Source: Acidobacteriota bacterium (GTDB lineage Bacteria; Acidobacteriota; Polarisedimenticolia; J045). Taken from it: 29,930 bases of DNA. The first letter of the stretch is position 1. Each line of letters begins with the position of its first letter. Location: assembly GCA_024276295.1 (NCBI GenBank), contig JAJRXN010000125.1, positions 1 to 29,930 of the forward strand. Reading direction: 5' to 3'. Made by a program: the position numbers and the translations under genes. Below are positions 28,025 to 29,930 of the stretch, in pieces. The notes beneath the pieces were generated by a model. It was given only the letters and a program-made list of their open reading frames with translations. It searched no databases and was not told where the DNA came from.

Positions 28025-28549
28025 TCAGTACTGCACGAGGCTGAGCACCGGCGCATCGCCGAGCTGCGATCGGCCGTCGAGGTCACGGAGCTCGATGACG
28101 AACGCGAAGCCGGCCACCGTCCCTCCGGCCCGTTCGATCAGCCGGCGCGTCGCGGCCGCCGTGCCGCCGGTCGCCAGCAGATCGTCGACGATCAGCGCGC
28201 GGTCACCGGGCGCGATCCCGTCGACGTGCATCTCGAGAGCGTTGCTCCCGTACTCGAGCGTGTATTCCTCGCGCAGGGTGCTCCGGGGGAGCTTGCCCGG
28301 CTTGCGTACCGGCACCATGCCGACTCCAAGACGCTGGGCGATCGGGACGCCGAACAGGAAGCCCCGTGACTCGATCCCGACCACGACCGTCGGGTCGAGT
28401 CCTGCAGCCCAGTTTCCGAGCGCCTCGATGGCCCGGCGCATCGCTCCCGGATCGCGCAGCAGGGGCGTCAGGTCGCGAAACACGATCCCCGGTTGGGGAA
28501 ACCCCGGGACGTCCTCGATGAATCGCTTGAGATCGTCGGCCTGGCTCAT
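28025..28549 (-). CDS. apt: Adenine phosphoribosyltransferase
   Basis: VPGFPQPGIVFRDLTPLL, GIESRGFLFG, VRKPGKLP, YTLEYG, LIVDDLLATGGTA. GGAGG SD before ATG 28549. Confidence 0.97.
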   Translation of the reverse strand: MSQADDLKRFIEDVPGFPQPGIVFRDLTPLLRDPGAMRRAIEALGNWAAGLDPTVVVGIESRGFLFGVPIAQRLGVGMVPVRKPGKLPRSTLREEYTLEYGSNALEMHVDGIAPGDRALIVDDLLATGGTAAATRRLIERAGGTVAGFAFVIELRDLDGRSQLGDAPVLSLVQY

Positions 28550-28575
28550 CGCTCGCTCCTCCGGTCGCCCGCCTG

Positions 28576-28851
28576 TCAGCGCCGGATCTCGAATCCCTGA
28601 CAATCCTCGGACTCGACCTGTTCCGCTTCGACCGTCTCGACACGGGCGTATCTCGGCCCCCGCGAGAGGTCGAACGCGAACTCCCCGAGGCTCGACTCCT
28701 CGCCCTCCGCATGGACCTCGACCGTTCCGTCCGGCAGATTCCGCGCCCAGCCATCGACGCCGAGCGCTTCCGCGCATGTCCGCACGAAGAACCGGAAGCC
28801 GACGCCCTGGACGGTGCCGCGGACCCGATACCGCATCGCCTTGCGCGCCAT
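28576..28851 (-). CDS. acyP: Acylphosphatase
   Basis: [31 protein letters not shown]; start re-called at ATG 28851; 91 aa. Confidence 0.95.
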   Translation of the reverse strand: MARKAMRYRVRGTVQGVGFRFFVRTCAEALGVDGWARNLPDGTVEVHAEGEESSLGEFAFDLSRGPRYARVETVEAEQVESEDCQGFEIRR

Positions 28852-28944
28852 GATCGTCTCCGCCCTCCCCGGGACCGGGCGCCCGCCAGGTCCGCGGTCC
28901 GGCATTATGAGCCAAAGGCACGGCCGACGGCCCGGGGGTCCGCC

Positions 28945-28972
28945 TGTTAACGGGGCCTGGGGGAGAACCGTT
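28945..28972 (+). promoter_or_regulatory. Putative ECF-type autoregulatory promoter (TGTTAAC-N17-CGTT)
   Basis: AAC (28949-28951) and CGT (28969-28971) separated by 17 nt, matching the general ECF -35 AAC / -10 CGT pattern, 36 nt upstream of the ECF start. Confidence 0.45.
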
Positions 28973-29008
28973 GTCATGAAACGAACCGACCCCCGTCGCG
29001 AGGAGACC

Positions 29009-29566
29009 ATGGCCGGCGCACGTTCTCTCGTCGAGTCCCCGGCCCGCGCCGAGACAGCCCCCTGCCTGCAGGAGCTGTTCGGCACGTATCACCGACTCGT
29101 CTTCGACGCGGCCTACCGGGTCACGGGCCGGCACGACGACGCCGAGGACGTCCTGCAGTCGGTGTTCCTGCGCCTGGCCCGTGGCGGCATCCCCCGCGGC
29201 CTGCCCGAGTGTCCCGGAGGCTACCTGCGACGCGCGGCCGTCAACGCGGCGATCGACCTCATCCGGTCCCGGAACTGCGAGCGACGAGCCGTCGAGCGCG
29301 AGATGCGGCTCGCCACGGAACCGCCCGCCTCGTTCGGCGATCCGAGCGCCCGGCAGGAGATGGCCCACCTGCGCCGGCGCGTCCGCGACGCGCTCGGACA
29401 GCTCAGCGCCCGGGCGGCGGAGATGGTCGTGCTGCGCTACTTCGAAGGACTGTCCAACAGGGAGATCGCCGAGCTGCTCGACACGTCGGAAGGAACCGTC
29501 GGCGTCACGCTCCACCGGGCGAGGCGGCGTCTCCGGCGCGCCCTCGAGCAGGCACGGGAGGAATAG
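29009..29566 (+). CDS. ECF sigma factor (sigma-70 group 4)
   Basis: [22 protein letters not shown] (region 2), [44 protein letters not shown] (region 4). AGGAG SD before ATG 29009 (alternative ATG 28976). Confidence 0.93.
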   Translation: MAGARSLVESPARAETAPCLQELFGTYHRLVFDAAYRVTGRHDDAEDVLQSVFLRLARGGIPRGLPECPGGYLRRAAVNAAIDLIRSRNCERRAVEREMRLATEPPASFGDPSARQEMAHLRRRVRDALGQLSARAAEMVVLRYFEGLSNREIAELLDTSEGTVGVTLHRARRRLRRALEQAREE

Positions 29567-29569
29567 GTC

Positions 29570-29930
29570 ATGCCTCGTCACCAGGATCGACAGCACGACC
29601 GCCACCTCGACGAGATCCTCGCCGGCATCCGGGCCGAGCGGCCGGACCCCGGGCGCGCCGACGAGGCCCGCCGGCGGGTCGAACAGCGCCTGTTCGGCCC
29701 GGCCACCCAAGCCGGTCCGTCAGGCGACCGACCGGCGCGGCCCCCGCGCTCGCCGGTCCGGTGGCTGCTTCCGGCCGCCGCCGCGATCGCGCTTGCCGCC
29801 TTCGGGCTGGCCCTGCTGCCGCGGGCGCCGGCAGACGGCGTGATCGCGCACCTCGCCGCGGACAGCGGCGCGTTGTACCTGCTGGCCGACGAAACCCCGG
29901 TCGAGCTGGAACCCGGTGCCGCCGTGCGTA
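29570..29930 (+). CDS. Probable transmembrane anti-sigma factor (FecR-like), 3' truncated by the window
   Basis: Hand translation MPRHQDRQHDRHLDEILAGIRAE...RWLLPAAAAIALAAFGLALLP (TM)...VELEPGAAVR; 3 nt after the ECF stop; open to the window end. Confidence 0.7.
   Translation, partial: MPRHQDRQHDRHLDEILAGIRAERPDPGRADEARRRVEQRLFGPATQAGPSGDRPARPPRSPVRWLLPAAAAIALAAFGLALLPRAPADGVIAHLAADSGALYLLADETPVELEPGAAVR

Noticed and set aside
28550-29710. Apparent 561-aa Apt fusion; similar 5' over-extensions of sigma70, murJ, hsp20, romR, mazG, ssb, dtd, acyP
   Set aside because: Extensions overlap other real genes or promoters; SD-supported internal starts give family-typical lengths.

Overview
High-GC (roughly 70% by inspection) chromosomal core region, densely coding and mostly on the minus strand. 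I see no mobile element, prophage or CRISPR array. Gene content suggests Acidobacteriota or a Myxococcota/Desulfobacterota-like diderm (inference from DUF1844, DUF4388, RomR-like, LptC-LptA fusion and ECF/FecR genes). Minus-strand blocks read right to left: acyP-apt; tRNA-Arg(CCT) then a YfgM-like TPR gene; murJ-dtd-xerD; DUF1844, TPR/Zn membrane protein, DUF4388/MshEN/GspG-like protein; dnaK-hsp20; sigma70-family factor; DnaC-like ATPase; enoyl-CoA hydratase, lptC/A fusion, lptB, rpoN, hpf; two degenerate crotonase-fold genes; romR-like-valS-nadC-birA; coaX and an LMW phosphatase. Plus strand: mazG, ssb, a secreted FN3/Ig-like protein, an ECF sigma and a partial FecR-type anti-sigma. Best candidate for an undescribed system: the coupled DUF1844 / TPR-Zn-finger membrane protein / DUF4388 operon. 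Its last gene carries a near-consensus tandem MshEN c-di-GMP motif, a wHTH-like segment, a TM helix and a GspG-like domain, and a RomR-like polarity regulator lies in the same window. Many ORF-track entries are antisense shadows or over-extended 5' ends, so starts were re-called by hand.
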